A DNA stretch of 64,000 nucleotides. It comes from Lama glama. Taxonomy: Eukaryota. The notes under the pieces were generated by a model that did not search any database, had not been told where the DNA came from, and saw only the letters and a program-made list of their open reading frames with translations. The DNA lies in assembly GCA_028534125.1 (NCBI GenBank), contig CM052816.1:15006001-15070000 (forward strand). Reading direction: 5' to 3'. Of the stretch, positions 34,180 through 46,600 are shown piece by piece. Position 1 is the stretch's first letter. Every line of letters starts with the position of its first letter. Made by a program: the position numbers and the translations under genes.

Positions 34180-37078
34180 CTGCAAAATCACAGAGGGAGT
34201 TTTCGTTAATACGGCAAAACACTGACCTCCCAGTGGTGCTGTTAATTGAGGAATTGTTTCTTAAATATTTCCATGCATTCATTAAAAGTACTGAAAGAGC
34301 CATTTCATGTGCAACTCTAAGATGCTATCCGCTTATACAGCACTTCAGGAGAAAATTAAACTAGCTTACAGGGTCCTTACACAGATTAAGTATCATGGAA
34401 AACTGGATTTAGTGATGCTGTGAGGACCAACTTTGGCTTTGTCTTGCTCAACACAGGTCTGTGTTCCTAAAGTAGCATCAGGGGAAGAACAGCCTGTTCT
34501 GAAACAGGAAAAGCTTCCATTGTTTTTGCTCTCAAATGCCCCATTAAGGGAACGTCCCCAGTTTGGTGTTCCAGCTTTAACAGGGCACACGACGACACAA
34601 GCTCTGCTGGTCTGGCTGGACTGCAGAGGACTGCAATCTGCGGCTGGCTTTGCAGACTGCAGCATGTTTGACCCTGGACGGATGTGCCCAGTCGCAACGC
34701 CAGCAACTGATAACCGCCTCTTCTGCTGATTGAAGAGGAATCCAAGGGAGAGGTAAACACACTGCAGCAGAGTTGGCCCTTGTGTCGCTACATACTCCTT
34801 TTCATAAAATCGTACTTGCTTCCAGCTCCTCTGAGTGCTGTGCCTTCTCATTCAATTACTGTTTGCTAAGCTCTGTTTAACAGGGAGGAGCTGAAACCTA
34901 AGAGGCACCTGACTCACTCTGCACCACCTGTGTGTCAGAAAGATGCGTGGCTCTGTGTCTACAAACTATCAATTCTAAGTGGAGGGGACACAGAGGAAAC
35001 TGTGGGCGCCCAAAGGTTGTTCTGGGAGTTACGTGCTGCATACAAGCTACCCAGGAATCAGAGGGCAATATCAATCACCATCACTCTCTTGTATCATTAG
35101 CAAAAATTTTTTCATAAAAAAATCTGTGACAGATGTTCCTCTCCATGTGTTCTCGTGCGCAGAGGTTAAAGCGGCCTCGTCACTGAATACTGAGGTCTGT
35201 TTGAGTGAAAAGATGACGAGATGGAGGCTGGTACTTTCCTCTGGAGTATAATTATCATATTTGGGAGACACAAAGCCACAGTAATCCTAATAAACTATTT
35301 AAAAATGTCAATCAATGAGTCTTATTACTATCATTCTTTTTCATTCAAAGGATGCATGGCATTTCATAAACATACTTCTTCACAACATTCAGAGAAGAAG
35401 TGATCGAATTTCAACTTCTGGACAGACTTTGGGATGGTTAGATGGTATCCAAAGTTTCAGCCAAAGTCAAAGACCAGAGAAAGCGACGACTCTAGGATAC
35501 TTTACCTCAAATGTCCGCATACACTAAGTACCCGCCCCGGCCCCTTCCATTCTGTTGGCAGGCTATGAATATACAAGCTGCTTCATCCTTGGTTTGGCTT
35601 TCAAGTTCACAAAATGATACTGATGTTCCTCATAAAGTAGCATAAAACCATCTAGATGAAATGAAAGCGATCTCATTTTCCATCAGAGGTAGCAGAGGGA
35701 GCAAAAGAGAAAATGTTTGCAAACCATTTGGTAAACCCGAAAATACGACTGAAATACTTTTTATTAATCACACCATCACCATCCTTTCCCTGACCATCAG
35801 GAGCACTTGTGTCACCCTGCCAGCTGTGAGAGCCTTCCTTCAAGAAAGACTCTGACATCTGTTGACCAAGTGCTGCCAATTTTCCTACAACAGGGTAATG
35901 TTCATGATGAAAATTGCTGCAACTTGATCTCTGGAATGAAAACCGACCTCATCTTGCTGAAAGTCACAGTTTCAGCAGGAATGACCAGGAAACTCAGTTC
36001 ATCACATCATCTCACTTCCTCAACGAGACATTTAATTCATCATGCTGCTATATTCTATAATAGTCCACCAGCAACAAGATGCCTCTGAGGTTTGTTTGCC
36101 AGAATCACAGTTATGAAACATCTTACGGCAGTAAGATCAGGCAGGGAACAGGTAAGGAAGAAAGGAACTAACGTGTTTTACGGAGCCACACGATAGTAGG
36201 CAATGGGATAAGCACTTAACTGCATTTATCCAAACACCTTCTTGTTAGACCATAAATTCTATGAAAAGGATTATATCTTTGTTCATAAAACATATTAATA
36301 TTCTCAGATAGTCATAATACATAGCTATACCCTCAGATGGTAGGGTTCAGATATTTGGTAGGTTTTTTTTTAAAAAAAATGTTTTTGAATAAATTAACTA
36401 TCATTCAAGGGCAACATTACTGTACTTGAATTACAAAAATCAGAAATCTGGAACTTTAGAGAGATTAAATTACATACCTGACTGGTAGGTGTGGCTGACG
36501 ATCGTGTTTAGGTACCCCTAACGTGAAAGTCTGTGTTTTAAAATACATTTGCGTGGCATGACGGATTTTTTTTTTCTTTTTTACTTCTGAGTCTCCCAGA
36601 TATTTATTTATTTTAAAATGATACAAAATTAAAAGTAATAAAATGTACATAGGTTTCCTCCAAACTTGATTAACCTTGGAAAAATTGAAGTTGAGTGGTT
36701 AACTACTGACATACCTAACACAATGAGACATATGTTTAGCTCTCTAATACTTGGATGGTACATCCCTGGACTTTGCTTAATTGCTATTGGTGAAAATCCC
36801 CTTGTATTCTTATGTTTCAAAGTGTAGTCCTTTAGTAGAATAAGTCACAAAACTCCAGATGTAGAAAAACCGAATTAGGTAGTCCACATGGGTGATGTAG
36901 TATTACTGAAGACCAAGAATCCATGTAAGCTTCTATCAAAATTATGGCAAAGATTTAACTTATCCTGTAGTGATATTATTTGTTATTTATACTATAGAAT
37001 ATTTGAGCTACAGAAGGTTGAATCACCTCTTCCAAGATAGGTTTAAAATAAAATAGGTTAAAAATACCCTTTGTCAAT

Positions 37079-37668
37079 ACATGCACCCCAATGTGCATAA
37101 CAGCATGATTTACAATAGTCAAGACATGAAAACAACCTATATGTCCATTGACAGACGACTGGATAAAGAAGTTGCAGCATATTCATACAATGGAATACTA
37201 CTCAGCCATAAAAAAGAATGAAATAATGTCATTTGCAACAACATGGATGGACCTGGAGATCATCATTCTAAGTGAAGTAAGACAAAAAGATAAAGAAAAT
37301 ACCATATGATATCACTCATATGTGGAATCTAAGGGGAAAAAAAGGACATAAATAAACTTATTTACAAAATAGAAACAGACTCACAGACATAGAAAACAAA
37401 CTTATGCTTACTAGGGGAGAATGGGGGTGGGAAAGGATAAATTGGGAGTTTGAGATTTTCAGACACCAACTACTATATATAAAGTAGATAAACAACAAGT
37501 TTCTACTGTATAGCACAGGGAACTATATTCAAAATCTTGTAGGAACCTATAATGAAAAATAATATGAGAAGGAATATATGTATGTATATGTATGACTAAA
37601 ACATTATGCTGTACACCAGAAATTTACATAATGTTATAAACTGACTATACTTCAATTAAAAAAAATTT
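37079..37668 (+). mobile_element. 5'-truncated L1 with 17-bp TSD
   Basis: ORF2 end, 3'UTR and A tail. aaataccctttgtcaat at both 37062-37078 and 37669-37685. Confidence 0.95.
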
Positions 37669-37869
37669 AAATACCCTTTGTCAATCATAAACTCACAGAA
37701 CTATTCAGTGAAGTAATATGCTATCTTCCTATCATGGAAATCCATGATGAATAAAGGGTCCTCTGAGAAACAAGACTACATGTAGCATCTCCTTTTCCTT
37801 CCTAGTAGGAATTTATTGAATGTATCCACTTTAAATTTTTCTGTGATATTTTGTGAACATTGCTGTAAA

Positions 37870-38446
37870 TTATGATCGGCAAAATTCTAAAATGGCCTCC
37901 AAGATTCCTACACGCTGGTTAATACATACTGTATAATCTCCAAGACTGAATATGATGAGCCTTTGCCATTAGGTTTGTTACATGGCACGGCTGGCTTTGA
38001 AAAACGGAGATTATCTGGGTGGGAATGACCTCATCACATGAGCTTCTTAAATCTGGGTCTAGAGATCAGAGACAGAATTAGAGAGATTTGAAGCATGAGA
38101 GGGATACCATATGAGAAAATATTCTCCACTATTAAAATATTCCTCAGCTCTGAAGATAAAGGGGGCCATGGGACAAGGATCTGAGAGCAACCTTCAGCCA
38201 ACAGTAAGTAAGAAAACGGGGAGCTCTGTTCTCAAGGAAATGGATTCCGCCAACAACTGGAATGAACTTGAAAGCAGATCCTTCCCCAGAGCCCCCGGAA
38301 GAGAACTTAGGTTGGCTGGCATGTTGATTTCAGCCTCTGAAAACCTGAGCAGAGAACCCAGTCCAATCGCGCACGTAATAAATAAGTGTTGTTTTTAACC
38401 TCTTAACTGTGCTAATTGATTATAGAGCAAGAGAAAATGAATACAA
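37870..38446 (+). mobile_element. MLT1E-like MaLR solo LTR
   Basis: ggcaaaattctaaaatggcctccaagattcc...aaggaaatggattccgccaacaac...aataaataagtgttgttt...gaaaatgaataca. Confidence 0.75.
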
Positions 38447-40576
38447 AAACTGTTGGTCATGACGGCAAAAAGGAATAGAACATTTAAAATAATCATTGCT
38501 ATGTTATCCATTAGTCTTCCTGTAAATCAAAATGAAAAGATGATAACTAGGATTTCAGGTGACTACTCACCTCTGAAAACAGTCATTTGTGACCCTAATC
38601 CACAGAGCAGGAAAATAAAATATACATAACTTTAAAACATACTAGTGGGTTCCAGTACAACAGAAAATGCTAAGGTTGCTTAATTCTGGATGCACAGCCT
38701 GCCAGCACAGCAGTTACTCTCCCACTCACAGTTTCACTTCCCTGGAGCCCAGAGGTCTGACCCTGCAAGGCCAGAAAGGAACTGATGTTGCTTATGTGCC
38801 AAGGAACTGATATTTTTCTTCAGTTTTGCAGTGGTGGGGATTTCTCTGCATTTGTCAAGTTCAGATTCTTGAAAGAAAAAAAAACTTGTATAATGTTTAG
38901 GCTAGTAGACTTAAAATACTACTGAGGAATCCGCTTGACCTTTGACTTTTGAAATCATGATTTTAGATAATATTCCAAACAGTATCATCCAAATAAACAA
39001 AATTTATATTCAGACTATAACATGCACGGGAGCATCGAGCCCGGAGAAGTCCTACAAAAGCCACATTTGGAGACACCTGTAAATCCCTATAAAATTCAGC
39101 TAAACTTTCCGGGCTTGGTGATGGTAATTTTCCCTCAAACCTTTGCAAACTGACAGTGTCCTGACCTCTCAGTGAGAGCAAAAATTGGTGGCCAACCGAG
39201 GCAAGTATCCAGAACCGACTCTGCTACTCTGTCAAGCAGACAGCATGCCAATAGACAATTTATAATCTGCCAGGCTGTGTCCCTGCAGAGTGTTCTGAGT
39301 AAGACCAGATGCCCATGTGAGGGCTTACTCCTGGGTCAGACGAAAGGGTAGGCCAATGACATTCGAGCTACAATAAATAGATTTCTTCATCAGTCAGAAT
39401 ATGTGCAAGATAGAGACAGAGAAGAGCTCAGCAATAATTTCATCCAGCTCAGCAGAAGAGGGAGGAAGGGGCGGTAATCTGAAGAAATTCTTGTATTCTC
39501 AGACCGAATAAAATAAACCTTTTCTCAGAAGAACAGTCCTATGACCAATACGAAAAAGGCAAAAAGGAAAACAGCCTCACCCATTCAAAAGTCACCATCA
39601 GAGGATGAAACAACGAAATGGAAGTTCAGATACAATTTCCCTGCCTCTTCTGACCACTGTGCAGTTTTTATAAATTCACCACGATGCTACTTTACACTAA
39701 GCGTAAATTCTGATCCAGGACAGAATTAGTCACCAGCTGGAAAAGCCAGTCCTGGGGGAAATTAATTAAGTGCCACTGAAAGAAGGATTAACACTTTCAG
39801 GTTACTACGACATCAAGAATTGGAGGAGTATGTACACACAATGGCAAAAACAACTGATGATCTGGTGACTACAAATTGCTTTATACTACGTGAATGTACA
39901 CTTAACTCATTTCTGCTGCTCTTTTGTGATTTCCACATCTTGTGCCAACTGGTCCCACTGAGGCACAGCCAGACAAATCTGCCCAGAGCACTCAAAATGA
40001 CTCACCAGCGGTCATGGGACCACACATGCACAGAATCCACCTTAAGATTCAGTTCTCTTTCTTGGAGGTTCTTTGAAAACGCCACCAACCGCATTCTATA
40101 CTCTGTTTTCAGATCTCTCCAAGGAGAAATTCTGCCCCATTGCTAAATAGTTACTTCAAAAATCTCACTGCACAAGTGGCTCATGAAATAAGCCTCCTGG
40201 AGGTGAAATCCATCAAAAGATGAGTCTGGTGTTAAATGCTGATGTTTAATAAGCAACCAGGAAGAAAGGAGAGAAAGAACAGAGCTAAAAGATCTTAACT
40301 GGCTTTGCCAATGGTAATGCGGATAAACAAATACAAATATAACAGCTTGGTAGTAACATTTTTACTCACTGATCCTCCCATTGGTGACCTACTTCAATGG
40401 AAAGAATTCTTTTTCTGGGGCATTTAAATGACACTACTGGGTGAATCAGTGGTAGTCTACATGCCTGAGTATCCTTCATCAAAAGGAATATAAACATTAG
40501 GATTTCTGGCTATTCATACTATTTCAAAAGCACAGTCTTTGGAGTCAGACAGGCATGACTTAAAATACCACTAGCA

Positions 40577-40680
40577 ATACATACGTATATGCATGACTGG
40601 GTCATTGTGCTGTTCACCAGAAATTGGCACATTGTAATTGACTGTACTTCGATTTAAATTTTTTAATTGAAAAAAAAAAA
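40577..40680 (+). mobile_element. Very short L1 3' tail nested in a MIR
   Basis: tatatgcatgactggg...caccagaaattggcacattgtaa plus poly-A. Imperfect TSD cactagca / cattagca, MIR sequence on both sides. Confidence 0.7.
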
Positions 40681-43136
40681 CATTAGCAGCGTGACTGTGT
40701 ATGACTTAACCTCTCTAAGCTTGTTTCCTCATATGCTAAATGACAATAAATATTTGCTTAGGACTCACAGGTAACGGAAACCATACATGTATTGCAATGC
40801 AGAACATTTTGATACAGCAGGGTGGTCAGTGAGTGCAAATTCCCTTACTCATCCTTTCCAATCCCCATCTAATTGTAAAGTAGGCACGTGGAATTAATTG
40901 CACCCCAGGGCTCTCCTGCCATCTGCAGTAACTGGGCAGAGAAGAGAGAAAGCCTAACATGAAAATTTAACAGGTTGATCTAGCAGTGATGACTTTCAGA
41001 GTTGAGTGATTTTTGTCCCCATTTTGCCATACTATGACAACATGACGCCCTCCCTCCCTATAACTGCAATAATCCCTAAAGCTGTAGATCTTAGGACTCT
41101 CCACTGGGTTTCCAATAGTGTCCAGCAAGAATTTGCCTTTATGAAAATCACACACTCTCCTGGCAAAATTCCACAAGAGTAAGCACTTTTTCTGACATCG
41201 CCTTCTCCCTAGATTAAAGGTTTGTGAACCAAGGCACATATTAACACACAGGTCAGTGTAAGACAGAAATAGTTCATGCATCAAACTGCCCCAAGCTTTG
41301 CGCCAGGAGAGGGAGGGTAAGAGTGTTATTCCCCTGAGCTTCCAGCTCACAGCTGGTGGCAAACCTTGCCTGGCCTGCTCTCCATCCGAGCCTCTTCACC
41401 ACCCGCGGTCCACCCCAGGCCCCAAAAGGACGTCACAGAAATTTGTTAAGCAAATACCTAGAGCATCCTTATATAAAACTAAGCCCCTTTACATGCTTCC
41501 AAAAGCTATGATCTAAAGAATTCTGGAACCTCTTTGATTCCCTCCTGTTTTTCTTAATCTGCAAACTACCTCCCGTGGCCACTCAGGACTGACTAACATC
41601 AGGCTCTTCTGATAAATCTACCCACAGTGTCCATTGGAAATTCTCTCAAGCCATCTCTTTTTTCCTGTGCTTATGCATTACTTTCCTGAAGACAAGTATG
41701 AATTTAGAATGTGAAACTACAGGCATTAATAAAAAGACAGCAGTATGTTAATGAAAGTGCATCAAAAAAATATAGGAGGGACAAATATTATTAACCATTT
41801 TGTAGTACCTCTAGAAGTTCTAACTACAAAATAGTTGTTGGGGAAGAAACAATTCATTACTATTTATGGGACAAAAATTTGAAATCCAAGTTTAAAGTCT
41901 CACAGAGCAGAACTCCATTGTTTCAAGCATGCATATGGAGAGAAACACACTACCTAAACACACGCACTGTCTAACACTGTATATACATTCTTCATAATAA
42001 TGAGCAAGCCGGCCGTATGGTTACTTAAAATTTTTAAAACCAGTGTATTTACTAACACCTGTCATTCATGCACAGTAAACCATCCACTTTCCAAGGCTTT
42101 GGTAACTATTGCAAACTAAATGTTAGAACCAGAAAATGAACAAGTGCTTTGGAAGACATTGAATATTGTTTAAAATACTGCCATTTATCTCAAAGACATG
42201 AGGGGGCTTGAATAGGCTGCTTCACAGCTCATCCAAACCTTAGGAATTGTCAACGGGCAATCAGAAGATTACATTTAAGCTAAATGCAGGGAAATTCTCT
42301 TACAATGAATTCACACTATGCCAAGATAGGTGACTTCCCCCCTCATCTTTCTCCCCACTCCCAGCTTGCCTGGTCTTCGCCATACCCCCACATCCCTACT
42401 CCATTCATTCTCACATCTCCCTGGCATGCTCAGACAAATTGGTTCTCGGTTCTCTGCCTTATCATCACGCACCTCCTCTGACAGCCCCTACAGAAGAGGC
42501 ACAACAGCAAATAGCCAGAACAAAGTTCGTCTTCAGGGTGAGGTCCGCTTTCTATGGTTTTATCATGCGTGACATGAATTTCTAGATCTTATCACATTAG
42601 TTCAGTGTCATTACCAGAAATATTAACTGGATGCTTTTCACTGTAGAGAGTCCAAGGTAAAAACAGAGACAGCAGACAGAGGTGACCACCACAGCGCCTA
42701 GAGGTCTCAGAGCTTTTGAAAACAACACTCCTAAAGGATTTCAAAAGAGAACTTTCCTCGTAGATGACACAGAGGCCATTTCTCCTTGAATCTCATAACA
42801 TTACTCCCTATAGTATCATCTTATTCTCAGTCCTATGCTATTTCTCCACAGAGCTGAGCTTTAACATCACATATTCAAGACAGGGCCTCACTTCTAGAAC
42901 AATTTTATGGTCAAGTCTTCCTATATTTGAAAAGAAAACGCAAAGTAAAACAATCCTCTAGTGACACTTTTCTAGAGAGGAAACAGCAGGTTACAATCCA
43001 ATCACAGGTACTTTACATACTCAGTTTACCAGATAACCCTTGTCATTGTTAACAGCTCAATGAAGCCAATCACATGATATTGGGGTGTTGTGAAAAGTGC
43101 ATGACTTTGTGGAAGACCCCTTGACTACCATCTCAC

Positions 43137-45701
43137 CTCATTTTGAGAAACAGCCTCGTTTTTTAGAATAATCAGGTTCCCAGCACTCTGCCCACTTTGG
43201 CCTGTGAGGTGCCGGCTGTCACCTGCTGCTGCTTGGGCTCCCCCAGGCCCCGGTCCTGTCTGTGCCCCTGTGTTGTAAAACATGAAGGTGTCACTCCCTG
43301 AGCCTGCTGTCAGACAGGCCTTGTAGCAGTAGGTCTTGGTGAGGGAGCCATTCCCCCGCACTTCAATGAAGTGAGGCTGCACTTTGAGGCCATGCGGTAT
43401 CCTGGCATCGATGTTGTTGTTGGCCTGTTTGTAGAGCTCTGCAGGGCTCCTCTCCCTCACTCCACAGAAGCCTCCACAGCACGTGGTGCCATAAGCGGTG
43501 TAGCGGTAACACTTGATGATGCTCAAAACAATGATTGTCAAAAGAAATACAAAAGACACTGTGCTTAATGCTATTATCAGATAAAGTGTCATTTCAGAGT
43601 ATGTCCGAGGTCTTTTCACATGTCTCTGAGTGTCAGGGAGGATTTTGGAAACCCTATCCACCACAGCTACCGTAATGGCCACAGAGGCTGACAGTGATGG
43701 CTCTCCATTGTCTCGGACCACCACGGTCAGGTTGTAAGTGGTTCCACTCTCATCTCCCATCTTCCTGGTAGTCCTAATTTCCCCTGTGTGTAGCTCGACT
43801 TTAAAGAGGTCCAGGTCAGAAGTCTGGGCCAGATGGTAAAAGAGCCAAGCATTTTGCCCAGAGTCTGAGTCCATGGCTATGACTTTAGTGACCAGGTAGC
43901 CAGCAGGGGCAGTTCGAGGCACCATTTCAATGGCTGCTGATGAATTGGTTGAGGTAGGGTACAGGATATGAGGGGCATGGTCATTCACATCCACCACATA
44001 CACGTTGGCGGTCACAGTGCTGCTCAGTGGCGGGCTCCCCTTGTCCTGGGCCTCCACAGTCACAAAGAACTCCCGAAACTTTTCATAATCAAAGGAGTTG
44101 ACAGCATAAAGGCTGCCACTGGCACTATTAATGGAGACATAGGAAGTGACTGGCAGCCCTTGAATCTCCCTTTCCAGGAGGGAGTAGGTCACCTCTGCAT
44201 TCTCCTTTTCATCTGGGTCTGTGGCTTGCACAGTGCAGAGCAACACCCCTGGCAAATTGTTCTCCTGGATGTAGATGGAGTAGGAGTCCTCCAGGAAGCT
44301 TGGTGGGTTGTCATTGATGTCCGAGATTTTAACCTGCAGGGTCCGCTGGGATGTGAGCTGTGGTACTCCCCCATCAGTGGCTGTCACTGTGATGTTGTAG
44401 GCAGCCACCTGCTCCCTGTCCAGGGGGCCACTCACTACCAGTGTGTAGGAGTTTCCAAAGCCATTCAGCCGGAAAGGCAATGTGGCCTCCAGGCCCAGGC
44501 TTACTTTCCGGTTGAGACCTGAGTCTTGGTCATTGACACTGAGAAGGGCCACAACGGTGTTGGGTGCGGCATCCTCCGGCACTGGGCTGTACAGGTCCGT
44601 GAGCACCATCTCCGGTGCATTATCATTCACGTCTAGGATGTCCACCAGCACCTTGCAGTGACCCACCATGGGCACTGGACCCCGGTCAGTGGCCTGCACA
44701 TAGATCTGGTAGGAAGAGGCCTCCTCATAGTCCAGCGCTCCACTTACCCGCACTTCCCCCGTGCTGGCATCGATGCTGAAGAGCTGCCTCTCCCGGTCCG
44801 ACGTGTAGCTGCTCAAGGAGTACCTGAGCTCGCCATTGGAGCCCTCATCCGGGTCTGAGGCATTGAGCTTCACCACCAAGGTGCCTGGGGGCGCGTCCTC
44901 CCGCAGCTGGACCCGGTAAGTGGACTGGTCGAAGGCGGGAGAATTGTCATTTGTGTCCAGGACCCGCACAGTGATCTGCGCTGTGCCCGAGCGGGCTGGG
45001 CTGCCTCCGTCCACAGCTGTGAGGACCAGGTGGTGCAAGACTGCCTGCTCGCGGTCTAGGCCCTTACGCAGCACCAGCTCCAGCACCTTACTGTTCTCCT
45101 GCAGGGGCTTCAGGTCCAGCTCGAAGTGCTCGTTGGGGCTGAGTTCATAGGTCTGCACCGAGTTCGTGCCCACGTCGGGGTCCTGCGCGCTCTCTATGTG
45201 AAAGCGCGCTCCAGGCGCCACCGATTCGCTTACCTGAAGCTGGTAGTCGGGCCGCGGAAAGCGCGGTGAGTTGTCGTTGATGTCCAGTACCTCCACCTCC
45301 ACGGTGCTCACCGCCACGGGACTGTGCGCCAGCACTTCCAGGTTGAGCAGGCAGCGAGGCCGCTGCTCACACAGCGCCTCCCGGTCAATGCGCTCGTTGA
45401 CGAAGAGCGCTCCACTTGTCAGGTCCAGCTCCAGGTAGCGCGGGCTGGGCGCACCCAGATGGCTGATGCGCAGGCAGCCCGGCCCCAAGCGCCGCAGCTC
45501 CAGCCCCAGCGCCCTAGCCACGTTGCCCACAAGCGCGCCGAGTGCCTGCTCCTCCGGCACCGAGTATCGCAGCTGGGAGGCCGCTGGGCCCGGCAGCAGC
45601 AGCAGGAGCAGCAGGAGAAGCAGCAGCAGCAGCAGGCAGGACATGGGCGGCCGGAGCCGTGTACGCTCTGTCGCCCCGGGTCTGGTACCCGCCAGCTCCA
45701 T
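43137..45701 (-). CDS. PCDHAC2: Protocadherin alpha-C2 variable exon: signal peptide, six cadherin repeats, transmembrane helix and variable cytoplasmic region, 855 aa
   Basis: ORF MELAGTRPG...poly-Leu...QLRYSVPEEQ with repeated DxNDNxP, LDRE/LDYE and AxDxG cadherin motifs and a TM segment LYLIIALSTVSFVFLLTIIVLSII. ATG at 45701 in context gctATGG. Ends SQNE|gtgaga (phase-0 donor after 43137). Closely matches recalled human PCDHAC2. Confidence 0.97.
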
Positions 45702-46600
45702 AGCCACCGGCCGCGGTGGAGGCAGCTGGGCAGGGCCGGAGGCAGCAGCTTCCCCAGCCGAGCTCCACGCCCGGCCGCGCCTCCGCCTCCGCTCGTGCCG
45801 CCCTGCGCCCGCTCCCCCACGCCTCACGCGCTAGCAAACGCCGGGGGCCGCCCCCCTCTTGGGCCCCCAGGAGGGCTCCGCGCCCCGCCGCCCGCGCTGA
45901 CTCCCCATATCCCGGCTCCTCCGCTCGCCTCGCAGTCGCTCAGCCTGGCTTCGCTTCCTGCCGCCGCCGCTCCGGGGAGGGGGGAAGAGGAAGCAGAAGG
46001 GGAGGGGGAGGAGAGCTCAGCAAGTCCAGCTCCGATTCCGCACTGAGGTGGCGGACGGCGACCCGGACTGCCCAGTCGCTGGAACCGCTCGAGCCCCAGC
46101 TCCTTCACCCCAGACCCGCCGGATCCCAGCGGACCGCGGGAACACGGCCACTCCCTGCCTCCCTGCCCCCACTGTCCTCTTCATCCGTCTCCACGGTCCC
46201 TCGTCTGCTTAACGGGTCTTGTAAGGAGATTATTCCAGGAAAAGCAGTTAAATCTCTAGAACTCGGGCTATCCGCTCCCCAGGAAAAGACTTCCAAGAGC
46301 AATTCAAGAAAATACGCTGAGGACCTCAGCTGAGTACGGGTATCTGGGCGGCGGCTCCACGTTCAAAGAAACAAACGCAAGGGAGGCTGGAGTTACTGCT
46401 GAGGGGGTTTATTTCCCTGACCCCAACATCTCCCCTGGATTCTCCTAAATACCGCAGAAAGTGTTCAACTCCTAGGGCAGAGGTGGTGGGTGGGGTGGCA
46501 AGTGCTGTCTTCTTTCGCGGAGCAAGCCTTAAACTATCATCCTGGGATCCAACGCTCAATTCTGCGCGTAGCCAAGTGGCCCTTTCAGTGTGTGTCTTGG
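44850..46600 (-). promoter_or_regulatory. CpG island / PCDHAC2 promoter and 5' part of exon
   Basis: Very high GC and CpG density with multiple GC boxes around the start codon. No TATA seen. Boundaries approximate. Confidence 0.85.

Noticed and set aside
45702..45827. 42-aa N-terminal extension in the 900-aa ORF call
   Set aside because: It starts at GTG, not ATG. The recognised protein begins at ATG 45701, so this is most likely GC-rich 5'UTR.
43968..46333. Long plus-strand ORFs (184, 240, 205 aa) overlapping PCDHAC2
   Set aside because: Antisense shadows of a GC-rich coding exon and CpG island, with low-complexity translations and no recognisable domain.
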